Source: Oculina patagonica
Lineage: Eukaryota
Length of the DNA stretch: 64,000 nucleotides
Assembly (NCBI RefSeq): GCF_052425735.1
Contig: NC_135761.1
Coordinates: 8,184,001-8,248,000, forward strand
Direction of reading: 5' to 3'
The notes below the pieces were generated by a model, which saw only the letters and a list, made by a program, of their open reading frames with translations, did not search any database and had not been told where the DNA came from. Of the stretch, positions 61,116 through 64,000 are shown piece by piece (within the stretch, counting starts at the first letter, position 1; each line of letters begins with the position of its first letter). The position numbers were made by a program, and so were the translations under genes.

Positions 61116-62346
61116 GAAAGAAGAAACGAAAATGAAAATGACGGTTAAGAACATTAAAGCAAGCAGCAACAAAGAAGTTGGCCGAAAGCACAGTGTGTTG
61201 TATTACTTTTGTCTTTACAAAGATACCACTGGGATAACAAATTCAATTATGGGAGCTAGGCAGCGTGGCCGAATGGTGAGGCAGCCGGACTTTTTATTCG
61301 GAGTTCCCGAGTAAAAGTCCTGTTACAACCGCCACTGCCTGGAGTTGTTTTACAGTAGACCCGAGTTCAACTCCTCGGCCACGCTTGTAAATAGCCAACT
61401 GATTTGCCTCTTGCCGATTGGGAATTTTAACCTTGTAAACAACGTACAAGGAAACCGTTCAAGCAAGAATCAAACATGTCAATCAAACGCATTTGACGGC
61501 GGTGAAGTTATCTATATTGTAAAAGTAAAAGTGAAATGTTTTCTATAGATACGCCGGCGTCAGGGAAGAAAAGTGAACAATATATTGTAAATATACTTTC
61601 ACACTTTATTTCCCCCGATAGCGCCCCCTCCCATTTTTTTTTGCACTTAAGAAATGTTTTCGTGCAAATGTCACAAGATAGGCCATTTTTTAAATGCTCA
61701 GAGGGAGTTATGCTCCGGTGTAAAAACTACAATTTCTTAGATACGAGGTTGCCTCCATTAGGAATCCTTCGTCAGATTTTAATCTGTGAAAGCATATTTC
61801 CAATGGTTGCAGCAAAGTGGCTCAAGGGAGAATCATTTGACAGTCCTACGTTAATTTTGAAACCAAAGAGTTCATGTCAGTTGTCAACCAAAAAAAAAAT
61901 TAAGAGGTTATGTTCTAACCTTTTCTAAGATTATTGGTATTCAAAGCCTTCCATTCCTCTTTAGTAAGTAATAAGCAAGTAATAATCAACTGTTTCAACT
62001 TTAAGGCACCATCGATTTTTTTCGGTATTCAACGGAATCGAAAACCGTCAATTCAAAACATTGGCTTGATTAGCGAAGATAAGCAAACATTTGAATGCAA
62101 TTGCAAGACATTTGTGCCGGACAAGTATATTTCTTAACTGTTCCGAAGATTTTTCTTTAACTTGATATATCCACCGAGACAATCCCCGACAATTTACGAA
62201 GATATCACGAGCAGCTTAAAACGGCTTCTCACGCCAGTAGTTTCGGTTAAGGTCCCTTGAAAGCTTCCGAATAACCCCCCAGACTGCCATTCCGCGCTAT
62301 TGAAAGGCAAAGAGTGCGGACTGGGACTGTGGATAGGGAACCATTA

Positions 62347-62521
62347 CAGTCAACTCTCGCCTTGCGGACACCCCGCTATTGCGGACACTCGCTATAACGG
62401 ACAAAATCCACATCCCTGGCGAAAGAGGTTTGACTGGAAATGACTCCCGCAAATACGGACTCTCGCTATAACGGACACTAAACGACGCACCGAGCGTGTC
62501 CGCTATAACGAGAGTTGACTG
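62347..62521. mobile_element. Tc1/mariner-pogo-type MITE
   Basis: TA|CAGTCAACTCTCG ... CGAGAGTTGACTG|TA with internal CGCTATAACGGACA repeats. Confidence 0.88.
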
Positions 62522-62942
62522 TAATGGAAAAACCTTTCCCAGGCCACCGCTGTCACAACCTCTCCTTCCCTTTTCTCTCTTTTACAACGTTTTTTTTTGT
62601 TTTTCGTTTTGCTATGGGAGCCTCTGCGAGGAAGGGAGGTCCGAATGACGTTTTTGTGCCCAAGAAAGAGCTAGGAAATGGTCACTCCAAATGCAGTCAT
62701 GAGCCCCATTAGAAGCAAGTTTACTGCATCCCTTTCTTTACTGCATTACCCCTTCTAAGCCTTGAACGACTGAGCAGACAAAGACGAAACAAATGCGTTA
62801 TATCAGTCTTTTTTAATGGAATTTATTTTGCCATTACACCATTCCAGCACCATAAACACAAATCTACAAGTGAGACTTTTTAAAGGCAGACACTTTTCCG
62901 TTTGCCTTTTGCCGCTCTATAACATCCAAACAGATTGTAATT

Positions 62943-63932
62943 TTAACTCTCCTGGGGAGGCTCCACTTCTTCTATGATGATCCTGCTCACGGACTTAAAG
63001 CCGGTATATGCGTCCCCTCGCGTGTAACCCTCACAGGAACCCACATTGAGCCCCACCTTTACAGGACCCTTGTTGATCCCTGGGCAGTAACCCTCAATGG
63101 TTGCTGTACGGATGATGTTCCATTTGCCTTCAGAGTAAACCGCCGTGTCGATTGGTATGGAGCACTCGGCACCGTTAAATGTGAAGAACCATCGGTTACA
63201 GCTAGCTTCTGAAAAGACGCGCATGTTTCCCTGATAAACAACTCGGAGATACGTTCTGTATCTCTGCTTTTCAAAGGCGCATTCCTAATCAGAAAATAAA
63301 ACACACTTATCAACAACAACAACAAGCTTTATTTGCACGACTATAAATACATACAGTATTGCAAAAACATAAAATTTAACTAAAGAGAGAAAATAAAGTC
63401 TACTGATGTATGTATGTAAAGCGAAACTTATAACAATCATAATCATGAAATAGGAAAAAAATGCAATTACGTATGTGTTACTAACATCACTTTTATTCCA
63501 TAGAAGATTATTTCGTAAAGATAAGCATAATGAAAGGTGATATTTATATTTGTTCCCTGGGCGGTTAGTATTTTGCAGTAAGGACGATTAAGATCAAATC
63601 AAGGTTTTTTGGACACAATGTAGATAATTTTTTTTCAATAAAATTGAAAACTTTGTAAAGCTTTATCCAGCTTTTTGGTGAGTAAAACAACGGTCAACGG
63701 GAGCAACGAGACGCGAGAAGAGACATCTTTCTCTTTCCTTTTCACGCTATGTACAATTTAAAGTTTGAAGAACGCTTACACATATTTTGCCTTCGTCGAC
63801 GTCGCTGCTCAGACTTTTCCAAAAACACTGTTTCCAGTTTGATATCTTCCGGGCTTTAGCGCTGTGGATAAACTTCAGCTGAAGAATCACCAGGAAATTC
63901 AGGCAAAGAACCAAATAAATCACCCTCGGCAT
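62943..63932 (-). CDS. CTHRC1-like secreted protein (C-terminal domain only), 2 exons, 164 aa
   Basis: Exons 63780-63932 and 62943-63284 (phase 0, GT-AG): signal peptide + NWKQCFWK..DEGKICECAFEK..LRVVYQGNMR..CNRWFFTFNGAECS.PID..NIIRTATIEGYC.GI..G.C..GDAYTGFKSVSRIIIEEV, the CTHRC1 C-domain signature. Confidence 0.92.
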
Positions 63933-64000
63933 GACGCTTTAACACTGTCTTTCAACGGAGTATAGTCTAAAAGAGAAGCATAATGGCCACGCTTTAGAAA

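Overview
Eukaryotic, AT-rich, intron-containing animal DNA; the gene and repeat content suggests a cnidarian, probably a stony coral (inference). Host genes: the 5' part of BBS4 (minus strand, 1-6969); a 15-exon MATE/SLC47-like transporter (plus strand, 11696-61115); and a collagen-less CTHRC1-like secreted protein (minus strand, 62943-63932). MATE intron 4 is about 39.4 kb (14211-53627). It holds a tandem duplication of a convergent receptor pair: a single-ORF class A GPCR and a signal peptide/somatomedin-B/Cys-rich secretin-like 7TM receptor. The second copy of the 7TM receptor is split by a 1.6-kb TIR element. The same intron holds a decayed DIRS/Ngaro-type tyrosine-recombinase retroelement with identical split direct repeats in an unusual order. 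It also holds a nested stack: a ~300-bp tandem repeat, then an 11-kb Kolobok-like element, which contains a 3.55-kb Mutator-like element and a 5.5-kb Academ-like element. The most striking observation is that the Mutator-like element has lost its transposase catalytic core but carries an intact three-exon gene for an HMG-box + 3x C2H2 zinc-finger protein, facing the transposase remnant. Many MITEs, SINE fragments and a LINE 3' end fill the rest. All family assignments come from motif recognition by eye; no database searches were run.
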